Of a stretch of DNA of 64,000 bases, positions 1 through 7,287 are shown piece by piece (position 1 is the stretch's first letter; each line of letters starts with the position of its first letter). The notes below the pieces were generated by a model. That model ran no database searches. It saw only the letters and a program-made list of their open reading frames with translations, and had not been told where the DNA came from. The DNA is from Actinomycetota bacterium (lineage in GTDB: Bacteria; Actinomycetota; UBA4738; HRBIN12). Made by a program: the position numbers and the translations under genes. The stretch spans positions 76,138 through 140,137 of the forward strand of contig JBBECT010000005.1 of NCBI GenBank assembly GCA_040881665.1, written 5' to 3'.

Positions 1-849
1 GGGGTTCGCGGCGTCCGCGGATGACACCCCCATGTACGCGGCCGGCGCCAGCGGGTTCCTTGCCGCGCTCTGGATCGTGTCTCGGACCGCGTTGATCTGG
101 ATCGCGAAGCCGATGTTCTCGGCCGCTGCCGCTCCGGCGCCTGCGGTGTTGATGCCGATGACCTGTCCGGCGAGGTCCACGAGCGGTCCGCCCGAGTTAC
201 CGGGATTGATGGCGGCATCCGTTTGCACGATATCGTCGTAGACGCGCTGTGCGTTCTCACACTCTTGGCAGTTGGGATCCTGGGCGGTGACCACGCGGTC
301 GAGTGAGGACACGATGCCGGTCGTGACCGACGGACCTCCTTCGAGACCGAGTGCGTAGCCGATCGCGACGACCTGCTGGCCCAGATCGAGGCTGTCCGAG
401 TCGCCGATCGGCACCGTGGCGAGTTGATCGTCGGTATCGATCTGTAGGACTGCGAGGTCCGCCTCGGCGTCACCTCCGATCACCCGCGCGTCGTAGGTCA
501 CCGGGTCGTCCACGTGGGAGGTGCGGACCGTGAGCTCCTGGGCGCCCTCGACGACGTGGTAGTTGGTGACCGCGATACCGTCCGAGCGCACCACGAACCC
601 GGTGCCGGTCCCCTGCCCCTGGATCCCACGGACGGAGACGTTGACGACGGCCGGGAGCACCTTGCGGACGACGCCGACGATCCGTCCTTCGGTCCCGCGA
701 GTGTCCGGTGCGGGAACGGGGTCGGGGAACTCGAGGCCCTGCCCCTGGCCCTGGTTGGTTGCGGCCGGTTGTTCGACCGTGCACGCGGCGAGCCCCATCA
801 GTAACGCGAGTGGGACGGCCAGCAGCGAACGCCTCAAGGTCGTGTGCAT
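1..849 (-). CDS. Trypsin-like serine protease (S1C/HtrA-like), secreted or lipoprotein; C-terminus lies beyond the window start
   Basis: Minus-strand ORF running off the window edge, so it is absent from the ORF track. Translation begins MHTTLRRSLLAVPLALLMGLAAC (signal/lipobox-like) and contains TNYHVV (His), DLAVLQID (Asp) and GNSGGPL (Ser) catalytic-triad motifs. RBS-like GAGGA upstream. Confidence 0.6.
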   Translation of the reverse strand, partial: MHTTLRRSLLAVPLALLMGLAACTVEQPAATNQGQGQGLEFPDPVPAPDTRGTEGRIVGVVRKVLPAVVNVSVRGIQGQGTGTGFVVRSDGIAVTNYHVVEGAQELTVRTSHVDDPVTYDARVIGGDAEADLAVLQIDTDDQLATVPIGDSDSLDLGQQVVAIGYALGLEGGPSVTTGIVSSLDRVVTAQDPNCQECENAQRVYDDIVQTDAAINPGNSGGPLVDLAGQVIGINTAGAGAAAAENIGFAIQINAVRDTIQSAARNPLAPAAYMGVSSADAANP

Positions 850-1006
850 CGTGCGGATTCCTCTCGTCCGTGAGTCGGGGAGCGACGGACGTTCCCCTCA
901 GGGTACCGTCAACCCCCTATCCGACACCGTGCCGGCCTGGGTTCGCCTCGGATCGGCGAAAGCCTCTCCGACGCGGGAACAGCCCGGTGTGGGAGTCCAG
1001 ATCGAC

Positions 1007-2002
1007 TCAGCCGGTCGATGCGCGGTCCGACGCGGCGCCGGTCTCGTCGACGGACGCGGGACGCGGGAGCAGGCCGAGGCGCTCGATCGCCTCGGTGATC
1101 AGGTGATCGCCCTTGATCGACATCAGGTGCAGACCGGCGATCCCCTCCATCGCACGCAGCTCCTCGCAGAGCTCGAGGGTCATCTCCAAGGCCTCGGCCT
1201 CTTGCCGTTGTTTCGGAACGCCTTCGAGGCGCCGGACGACGTCCTCGGGAACATCGATCCCCGGCACGATGTCCCGCATGTAGGCGGCCGCGCGAGCAGA
1301 GCGAGGGATGTAGACGCCCGCGAGGATCCACGCACGCTCCGTGCAGCCGAGGTCGACGGCCGCACGCATGAACGAACGCATCCGCTGGAGGTTGAAGATG
1401 CACTGCGTCTGGATGAACTCCGCCCCCGCTTCGATCTTCTTCTCCAGCCGCGCGGGGCGGAACTCCACCGGTGGAGCGAACGGATTCTCGACCGCGCCGA
1501 CAAGGAACGTGGGAGCGGAGCTCAGCGGACGCCCGCTGAGGTAGGTGCCTTCGTCTCGCAGGATCCTCGCGATCCTGATCAGGTGCATCGCGTCCAGGTC
1601 GAAGAGGGGTTTGGCCTCGGGGTGGTCGCCGGCGGTGACGTCGTCGCCGGTCATGAGGACGACGTTGCGGATCCCGAGCGCGTGCGCACCGAGCAGGTCG
1701 GCCTGCAGCCCGAGGCGGTTGCGGTCGCGGCAGCCGAACTGAGCGACGGGCTCGATCCCGCGTTCGAGAAGCAAGCGCCCCGCAGCGACCTGCGAGATGT
1801 GCGGGTGCGCGGCGCTGTTGTCGGTGCAGTTGACGGCGTCGACCTTCCCGGCAAGCGGCACAGCCGCCTCGAAGACCGACTCCGGATCGCCGCCGTCGGT
1901 CGTCTGCAACTCGGAGGTGACGGCGAACGCGCCGGACAGGAACACCTCGTGGAGGCGACTCCGGGGCCCTGCCGTCTCGGCGACCTGCGATCCGAGGGTC
2001 AT
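1007..2002 (-). CDS. metF: 5,10-methylenetetrahydrofolate reductase (MetF)
   Basis: Internal ATG (MTLGSQV...) of ORF 1007..2356. About 331 aa with MTHFR-family hallmarks (VNCTDN, FGCRDRNR, LMTGDD, TQCIFN). The upstream 118 aa of the ORF are Arg-rich junk overlapping the neighbouring gene in another frame. Start overlaps the upstream gene's stop (ATGA). Confidence 0.8.
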   Translation of the reverse strand: MTLGSQVAETAGPRSRLHEVFLSGAFAVTSELQTTDGGDPESVFEAAVPLAGKVDAVNCTDNSAAHPHISQVAAGRLLLERGIEPVAQFGCRDRNRLGLQADLLGAHALGIRNVVLMTGDDVTAGDHPEAKPLFDLDAMHLIRIARILRDEGTYLSGRPLSSAPTFLVGAVENPFAPPVEFRPARLEKKIEAGAEFIQTQCIFNLQRMRSFMRAAVDLGCTERAWILAGVYIPRSARAAAYMRDIVPGIDVPEDVVRRLEGVPKQRQEAEALEMTLELCEELRAMEGIAGLHLMSIKGDHLITEAIERLGLLPRPASVDETGAASDRASTG

Positions 2003-2472
2003 GCGGGCCCCTCGGCGTCGGGGTGAGGATGCGCCCACGCAGGCGCCGCTGCGGGGGTCTCCGGCCGCACACGCCATGCTGCCGGGACGAGCTTGTCTCG
2101 CCCGGTCAGGCCGTTCTCCCACGAGGCGGTTTCCTGCAGCCGCCAGTCGACGGGAGGGTTCACGCGATCGAGATGGTCGCGCCAGATCGGGAGCGCGCGA
2201 GCGCCCTCCAAGGCCTGCACCCAGACGCAGGGCCGGTCCGGGAGGACCTCGCACGTCCCGTCTTGGAGGACGCCCCCGCAGGGACCGTTCCGCAGGTTCT
2301 TCGGGCACCGCATCGGGCAGCTCATCCCCGTGGAATGGAGGATGCACTGCCCGCACATGCGGCAGTCGAATGCCTTCTCCTTCGCGACCTTCTCGACGAG
2401 CAGCAACGCCTTGCGGAAGCCCTTCGGCTCCGGCGCGCTCGCCGGGGGTCGTCTGTCGAGTCGCTGGCCCAC
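1999..2472 (-). CDS. Stand-alone MTHFR C-terminal-domain protein (Cys-rich, zinc-ribbon-like; MetV-like MetF partner)
   Basis: 157-aa ORF with a Cys-rich core (CRMCGQCILHSTGMSCPMRCPKNLRNGPCGG) typical of the MTHFR_C family. GTG start. Its stop overlaps the metF start codon by 4 nt. 31-nt gap to the upstream aminomethyltransferase. Confidence 0.6.
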   Translation of the reverse strand: MGQRLDRRPPASAPEPKGFRKALLLVEKVAKEKAFDCRMCGQCILHSTGMSCPMRCPKNLRNGPCGGVLQDGTCEVLPDRPCVWVQALEGARALPIWRDHLDRVNPPVDWRLQETASWENGLTGRDKLVPAAWRVRPETPAAAPAWAHPHPDAEGPA

Positions 2473-2503
2473 CTGCGGGGGCGCCTCCTGCGCCCGTGGC
2501 CGC

Positions 2504-3682
2504 CTAGGACTTCAGGTCGGCGGCCGGAACCTCCTTCTTCTGATCGACGAACGGGATCGCCGCGGTGCTTCCCACGAGCGAGCCGCTCTCGGATTCGATG
2601 TCGATCTTGGTCCCCGGGGTCGAGAGCTCGATCGGCACCCACACGTAGCCGATGTTCTTCTCCAGCTTCGGCGACCAGACGGCATCGGTCATGTACCCGA
2701 CCTCTTTGCCCCCGTTGTGCACCGGCCAGTACTCGCTCATCTCGGCACGGAGCTCGTCACCCTCGATCTCGATCCCGACCAGCTTGCGCTTGACCCCATT
2801 CGTGCGGATCGACTCCAGGGCGCCTTTGCCGATGTAATCCTGCGACTGCTCCTGGACGAGACGCTCCAGGCCCATGACCTCGAACGGGTTGTGCTCCAGG
2901 CGGATGTCCGAGCCGTAGTTGAAGATCCCGGCCTCGATCCGTCGCGCCTCACACGGAGCGATCGGCCGGATGTTGAACTCCTCCCCGGCCTCCATGATCG
3001 TGTTCCACAGGTTCACGCCCTCGTCGTAACCGAGCAGGTTCACCTCGAAGCCCTGCACGGCCGTCCAGCCGGTGCGGCTGATCACGACGGGGATGCCCTT
3101 GATCTCGAATTTCCCGGTCCAGTAGTACTTCAGGTCGTAGATCCCCGGACCCACGAGCTTCTCGAGGGTCTTGGCGGCCTTCGCTCCCTGGACCTGGCAG
3201 GGATAGACGTCCGGCAACGTGACCTCGACATCGAGTCCGGACGTCGCGGCCACGCCCAGCGCGTACAGGCCGGCATCGGAGTCGGCGAGCTGCATCCACC
3301 ACACGTTCTCCTCGGGGTGCAGCAGGACGGGGTCGTTCACGATGCCGCCGTCCGGTGCGGTCACGAGCATGTACTTGCCCTGGTTCACCTGAACGTTGCT
3401 CAGGTCGCGGCACGTGATCATGTCGATCAGCTTGTCGGCGTCCGGTCCACTCACCTGCACGGTTCGCTCCACGGCGACGTCCCACAGGGTCACGTCGTTC
3501 AGCAGGGCCCAGTACTCGGTCACCGGGTCGTCGTAGTAGCCGGGCAGGTACATGTGGTTGTAGATGTCATACGAGGTGCAGCCCGCGGCGCGGGTCGCCT
3601 CGAAGTACGGGGACTTGCGATACCACGGCCCGAAATACAGGGTCGCGCTCTTCTCGAGCATCTCTTGGCGCTCGTTGACCAT
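2504..3682 (-). CDS. GcvT-family aminomethyltransferase, DmdA/LigM-like THF-dependent demethylase (paralog 1)
   Basis: 392-aa ORF with an ATG start and a strong SD (GGGAGGA). Glycine-cleavage T-protein fold motifs (LWDVAVER, NDPVLL, QVQGAKA, GYVWVP). Lies next to metF. Confidence 0.75.
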   Translation of the reverse strand: MVNERQEMLEKSATLYFGPWYRKSPYFEATRAAGCTSYDIYNHMYLPGYYDDPVTEYWALLNDVTLWDVAVERTVQVSGPDADKLIDMITCRDLSNVQVNQGKYMLVTAPDGGIVNDPVLLHPEENVWWMQLADSDAGLYALGVAATSGLDVEVTLPDVYPCQVQGAKAAKTLEKLVGPGIYDLKYYWTGKFEIKGIPVVISRTGWTAVQGFEVNLLGYDEGVNLWNTIMEAGEEFNIRPIAPCEARRIEAGIFNYGSDIRLEHNPFEVMGLERLVQEQSQDYIGKGALESIRTNGVKRKLVGIEIEGDELRAEMSEYWPVHNGGKEVGYMTDAVWSPKLEKNIGYVWVPIELSTPGTKIDIESESGSLVGSTAAIPFVDQKKEVPAADLKS

Positions 3683-3726
3683 CCGGGTCCTCCCTGTTCA
3701 GCTCCGCCGGGCCCGGTGCCCGACCA

Positions 3727-3770
3727 GAACTGAATGATGGTTCAAACAACCGCTCGAACGCAAGTTCAGG
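3727..3770. promoter_or_regulatory. Cluster of GAAC/GTTC inverted half-sites (GAACTGAATGATGGTTC...TCGAAC...AGTTCAG), 45-90 nt upstream of paralog 1
   Basis: Read directly: GAAC-N9-GTTC palindrome at 3727-3743 plus further TGAAC/GTTCA half-sites. The same half-site recurs upstream of the Rieske gene (7058-7243). Confidence 0.3.
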
Positions 3771-3896
3771 TGCCCGATCCCCTGCCCGGCCTAGGGCGCG
3801 GGTTTCCCGTGGGCGCACCCCTCAGCGACGACGGCCCCGGAGATCCGGCGGTTGCCGGTCCCGGGGCCGCGCGACGGCGCCGTCTCCGAGGTGGAA

Positions 3897-5057
3897 CTAG
3901 GAGACGGGGATCTGCTTGCTCGGGTCGACGAACGGCATCTCGACGACCGTGCCGGTGCGGGGGCCCCACTCGGTCTCGACCGAGATCGTGGAGCCGAGCA
4001 CGGACTTGTCGGCGGGCAGCCATCCGTACCCGATGTTCTTCTTCAGTCGCGGCGAGTAGATCGCCGAGGTGATCTTGCCGATCTTCGCCGAGCCCTCGCG
4101 GATGTCCCACTTCACATTGTTCAGCGAAGGGAACGGGTCGCCGTCGAACTCGACGCCGTTGATCTTCTTGCTCACGCCCTTGGCCTTGATGTCCTTGTAG
4201 GCCTTGATCGAGATGCAGGCGTCCTCGGACACGGTGTCGAGGTCGACGAGCCGCTCGAGGCCGAGCTCGAAGGCGTTCTCCTGGTAGGTCATGTCCGCGC
4301 CCCAGTTGAAGATCGCACCTTCGATCCGACGGATGTCGCTGGGTCCGGTCGGCTTGATGTTGTACTTCTCGCCGGCCTTCATGAGCGCTTCGTAGACCTC
4401 GGTGCCCTTGGAACCGTCGGTGAGGTACACCTCGTAGCCCACCTCGGAGGTCCAACCGGTCCGGGTGATCACGACCGGAGCTCCGGCGATCTCGGCGTTC
4501 GTGAACCAGTAGTACTTGATGTCCAGGATCGACTCCCCGACGAGGTCGACCATGAGGTCCTTCGACTTCGGTCCCTGGACCTGCAGGGGCGCGACATCCG
4601 CCTCCTTGATCGTCACATCCAGTTCCGGGTAGGCGTTCTTGAGGCCGCGAGCCCATAGCAGTGTGTCGCTCGAGGCGAGAGCGAACCAGAACGTGTTCTC
4701 GTCCATCCGCGTCAGCACCGGGTCGTTGATGATGCCACCGTCGCTGTCGCACACGAGCACGTACTTCGCCTGTCCGACCTGACACTTCCTGAGATCGCGC
4801 GGGGTCATCAGCTGGGCGAAGGTGAACCCGTCGGGGCCGCTGATCTCCAGGCACCGTTCCACCGAGACGTCCCACAGCGTGACGTCGTTCAGGAGGGTGT
4901 CGAACTCCTTCTCGAAGTCGTCGAAGCGGATCGGGAAGTACATGTGGTTGTAGACGGTGAAGCCCTTCGGTCCGTACTTCTGTGTCGCTTCGTAGTAGGG
5001 GGTGCGTCGGTTGCGTGCGCCCCGCTGGACCAGGCTCATGTCGAACGGCTCGGCCAT
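3897..5057 (-). CDS. GcvT-family aminomethyltransferase, DmdA/LigM-like THF-dependent demethylase (paralog 2)
   Basis: Internal ATG (MAEPFDMSLVQ...) of ORF 3897..5204, with a perfect SD (GGAGGAACAG) 6 nt upstream. Alignable to paralog 1 along its whole length (VYNHMY, LWDV.VER, NDPVL, QVQGPK, RTGWT, NIGYGW). Confidence 0.75.
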   Translation of the reverse strand: MAEPFDMSLVQRGARNRRTPYYEATQKYGPKGFTVYNHMYFPIRFDDFEKEFDTLLNDVTLWDVSVERCLEISGPDGFTFAQLMTPRDLRKCQVGQAKYVLVCDSDGGIINDPVLTRMDENTFWFALASSDTLLWARGLKNAYPELDVTIKEADVAPLQVQGPKSKDLMVDLVGESILDIKYYWFTNAEIAGAPVVITRTGWTSEVGYEVYLTDGSKGTEVYEALMKAGEKYNIKPTGPSDIRRIEGAIFNWGADMTYQENAFELGLERLVDLDTVSEDACISIKAYKDIKAKGVSKKINGVEFDGDPFPSLNNVKWDIREGSAKIGKITSAIYSPRLKKNIGYGWLPADKSVLGSTISVETEWGPRTGTVVEMPFVDPSKQIPVS

Positions 5058-5066
5058 CTGTTCCTC

Positions 5067-5100
5067 CTGAGGTGATCGGCGGTCTGAGGTGATCGGCGGT
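5067..5100 (-). repeat. Tandem 17-nt direct repeat (2 x CTGAGGTGATCGGCGGT) in the 5' leader of paralog 2, abutting its SD
   Basis: Read directly. On the mRNA strand it reads ACCGCCGAUCACCUCAG twice, then GGAGGAACAG AUG. GAUCACCUC matches the anti-SD 3' tail of 16S rRNA. Confidence 0.5.
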
Positions 5101-5222
5101 CGGATCCGCCGCGAGGCGCTCCCTGAGAGCCGTTCCCCCGGTTCGGAGGGCATCTTCGCCCCGGTGCGCGGTCCGGACAAGGCCCGCCCTTGACCTGGGG
5201 TCAACGGGCCGAGAGCCGGGCT

Positions 5223-5259
5223 GACGAACGCCGGCGCCCGTGCGACGCCGGCGTTCGTC
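5223..5259 (-). terminator. Perfect 14-bp-stem hairpin (GACGAACGCCGGCG-N9-CGCCGGCGTTCGTC), 34 nt downstream of the membrane-protein gene
   Basis: Read directly. GC-rich stem with no U-tract, as is common in high-GC genomes. It may separate the Rieske/membrane transcript from the downstream aminomethyltransferase unit. Confidence 0.35.
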
Positions 5260-5292
5260 GTGCGCGGCAGCCGGTCTGGGACCGGCGTGGGA

Positions 5293-5733
5293 CTACTCGG
5301 TGATGTCGCGGCCGTGGGCGGTCAGTGCCCAGATCACGATCACGTCGATCGCGATGACCACGATCGCCCAGAACGGTTCGGGCGACACAGGGAGGAACAC
5401 GAAGTTCGCGATCGCACTGATCGTCGCCAGGATCACCGCCAGGGTTCGCGCCCAGACGGCGCCGGAGAACAATCCGAAGCCCGCCAGCAGGATGATCACC
5501 CCCGCGAGCAGGTGGATCCATCCCCACGTGGTGGCGTCGAACTCGAAGGTGTAGTTCTGCCCGACCACGAAGAACTCGTCCTCGATGATCCCCGCGAGCC
5601 CGATCACGGCCTGGAAGGCGCCGATCAAGATCAGCATGAATGCGGCGAACATCGTCATACCGACCGCGAAACTGCTCCGCTGCTTAGCCACTCCGACCCC
5701 CTTCGCATAGCGCTGGGTCAGTGGATAGCGCAC
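5293..5733 (-). CDS. Conserved actinobacterial small integral membrane protein (4 predicted TM helices), function unknown
   Basis: 146 aa with a GTG start. Highly hydrophobic, with conserved-looking motifs (WGWIHLLAGVIILLAGFGLFSGAVWAR, IAIDVIVIWALTAHG). Confidence 0.55.
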   Translation of the reverse strand: MRYPLTQRYAKGVGVAKQRSSFAVGMTMFAAFMLILIGAFQAVIGLAGIIEDEFFVVGQNYTFEFDATTWGWIHLLAGVIILLAGFGLFSGAVWARTLAVILATISAIANFVFLPVSPEPFWAIVVIAIDVIVIWALTAHGRDITE

Positions 5734-5798
5734 CTGAGGGGGGAAGTCGAGCCCCCTGCGAGTCCGAGCGGAGGAGGCCGAGATCTAGCGCCTGGGAC

Positions 5799-7004
5799 CT
5801 AGGAGGCTTCGTCGACGGCGTGGCGGTAGTTGAGGTCGGGAGCTCTGGTGATCCGTCCGTCCTTGTACCCCTGGGCGATCATGAACATGAACGCGTGGAC
5901 CTCGTCCTCTTCCTCGGCGAACGGGCCCTGCCGGTACCCCTCCGAGGACAGCCCGCGGAAGACCGACTCGCAGGCGTCGAAGTCCTCCTTGTTGGTCACG
6001 TCCCAGAACTCCGAGGCGTAGGAGGTGTCGAAGTCGGGCCGCTCCTTGGACTCCGGCGCCCACAGCCAGGCGCATTCGATCGCCGTCTTCCCGGGCGAGA
6101 CCGGGTCCAACCGGTGGGTCATGATGTAGTCGGGGTGCAGGCTGATCAACAGGTTCGGGAACACCCCGTAGTAGTAGACCTCGCGCTTCTGCTTGTCCCT
6201 GAGGCCGCGGAAGGCAACGCCCTTCGAGGCCCCGGTCATGCTCATCGTGTCGGCGAAGTCCATCAGCTCCATCGAACCGCCGATCACGGCTCCCGTGTGT
6301 TGGTAGTACTCCCCCGAGTCGACCGGGGTCACCTTGCACAGCGCCGGGTGGATGCTCGGGCAGTGGTAGCACTCCTGGTAGTTCTCGGCGATCGTTTTCC
6401 AGTTCGCGTCGGCCGTGTAGTCGTGCGCGTCCCCTGTGAAGGCCCGCTCGGGCTCCCACGGGGCGACGAGCTCGGTGAGGTTGCCGACGTACTCGGAGAA
6501 CTCGGGAGCCCCTCCGTCGGCGTTGACGAACACCCATCCGAGCCACTCGTGGGTGCGTGCGGGGATCAACGGGTACTCGGTCTTGTCGAAACCGGGGATC
6601 TTGCCGAAACGGGGCGCGCCCTTCAGCTCACCCTCGAGCCCGTAGACCCACGCGTGATAGGGACACTTGATCCCGTTCATGTTGCGCATCTCGCCGCACG
6701 CCATCAGCTCGTGGCCGCGGTGGCGACACGTATTGAAGAACCCGCGGAGACCGCCGTCCTGGCCACGGGCCAGCAGGATGCCCTCCCGCCCGATCCGGAC
6801 CGCCTTCTGGTCGCCCGCCTCTGCGAGGTCGTCGGACCGCCCGACGCAGACCCAGGAGCCCTCGAAGAAGTGCTCTCGTTCCCACTCGAGGACGTCACCG
6901 GAGACGTAGGCCTCCGCCGGGAGGGTCAGCGCTTTGGCCAGATCGGTCGCCAGCACCGGATCCAGGAGGGTTGGGTCGATCGGGGCCGCCGAAGCGTCGG
7001 TCAT
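5799..7004 (-). CDS. Rieske [2Fe-2S] non-heme iron oxygenase, alpha-subunit type (GbcA/CntA/Stc2/KshA-like demethylase or hydroxylase family)
   Basis: Internal ATG (MTDASAAP...) with an AGGAGG SD. Rieske motif CRHRGH...CPYHAW. Mononuclear-iron motif ENYQECYHCPSIHP. No beta subunit or reductase adjacent. Confidence 0.8.
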   Translation of the reverse strand: MTDASAAPIDPTLLDPVLATDLAKALTLPAEAYVSGDVLEWEREHFFEGSWVCVGRSDDLAEAGDQKAVRIGREGILLARGQDGGLRGFFNTCRHRGHELMACGEMRNMNGIKCPYHAWVYGLEGELKGAPRFGKIPGFDKTEYPLIPARTHEWLGWVFVNADGGAPEFSEYVGNLTELVAPWEPERAFTGDAHDYTADANWKTIAENYQECYHCPSIHPALCKVTPVDSGEYYQHTGAVIGGSMELMDFADTMSMTGASKGVAFRGLRDKQKREVYYYGVFPNLLISLHPDYIMTHRLDPVSPGKTAIECAWLWAPESKERPDFDTSYASEFWDVTNKEDFDACESVFRGLSSEGYRQGPFAEEEDEVHAFMFMIAQGYKDGRITRAPDLNYRHAVDEAS

Positions 7005-7057
7005 GTCCGTGCCTCCTGGGATCGTCTCGGGGGCCTGCACGCCCCGTGGTCCTGTTT

Positions 7058-7082
7058 GAACAGTCAGTCAAAGACTGGTTCG
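7058..7082. promoter_or_regulatory. Imperfect palindrome GAACAGTC-N7-GACTGGTTC, 54-78 nt upstream of the Rieske ATG
   Basis: Read directly. Shares TGAAC/GTTCGA half-sites with the 7179-7243 repeats and the 3727-3770 sites. Confidence 0.3.
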
Positions 7083-7178
7083 AATCGAGATGCTAGCACG
7101 GGCGACGAACACCTCCCGACAGGCCTCTTGACCCGAAGTATGACCATCGGTTCCCCGATCTGCATCCGGGACCCCAGC

Positions 7179-7243
7179 CTGAACCGGGTTCAGATGCCGG
7201 TCGACGAGCCCACCCGCACCGAGTGGGGCTGAACCGGGTTCAG
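7179..7243. promoter_or_regulatory. Two identical copies of the 15-bp near-palindrome CTGAACCGGGTTCAG (7179-7193 and 7229-7243), 50 bp centre-to-centre; candidate operator pair
   Basis: Read directly, in the 283-bp gap between the amidohydrolase stop and the Rieske start. The flanking GC context is also repeated (GCCTGAACCGGGTTCAG / GGCTGAACCGGGTTCAG). Confidence 0.35.
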
Positions 7244-7287
7244 CGGATCCGGGCGCTCCGCGGCACCCCCGATCTCCCTGCTCCGTC

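Noticed and set aside
563-2026. Long plus-strand ORF of 487 aa, and similar long plus-strand ORFs (2093..3733, 5721..7232, 7360..9072, 9631..10848, 18348..20669, 23679..25463, 25187..27115, 26961..29780, 31326..33683, 33935..36664, 43375..45348, 46569..47768, 48145..49959)
   Set aside because: All lie antisense to well-supported minus-strand genes. Their translations are low-complexity Arg/Gly/Asp/Pro-rich, with no recognisable motifs. These are typical shadow ORFs of a ~70% GC genome.
909-2072. Arg/Pro-rich minus-strand ORFs in alternative frames (for example 909..2072, 7190..8998, 45397..47028, 9954..10571, 21573..22187)
   Set aside because: They are out-of-frame overlaps of real genes (metF, amidohydrolase, polA, ABC-F, gap). 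Their compositions are dominated by the R/G/P/A residues expected from GC-rich off-frame reading.
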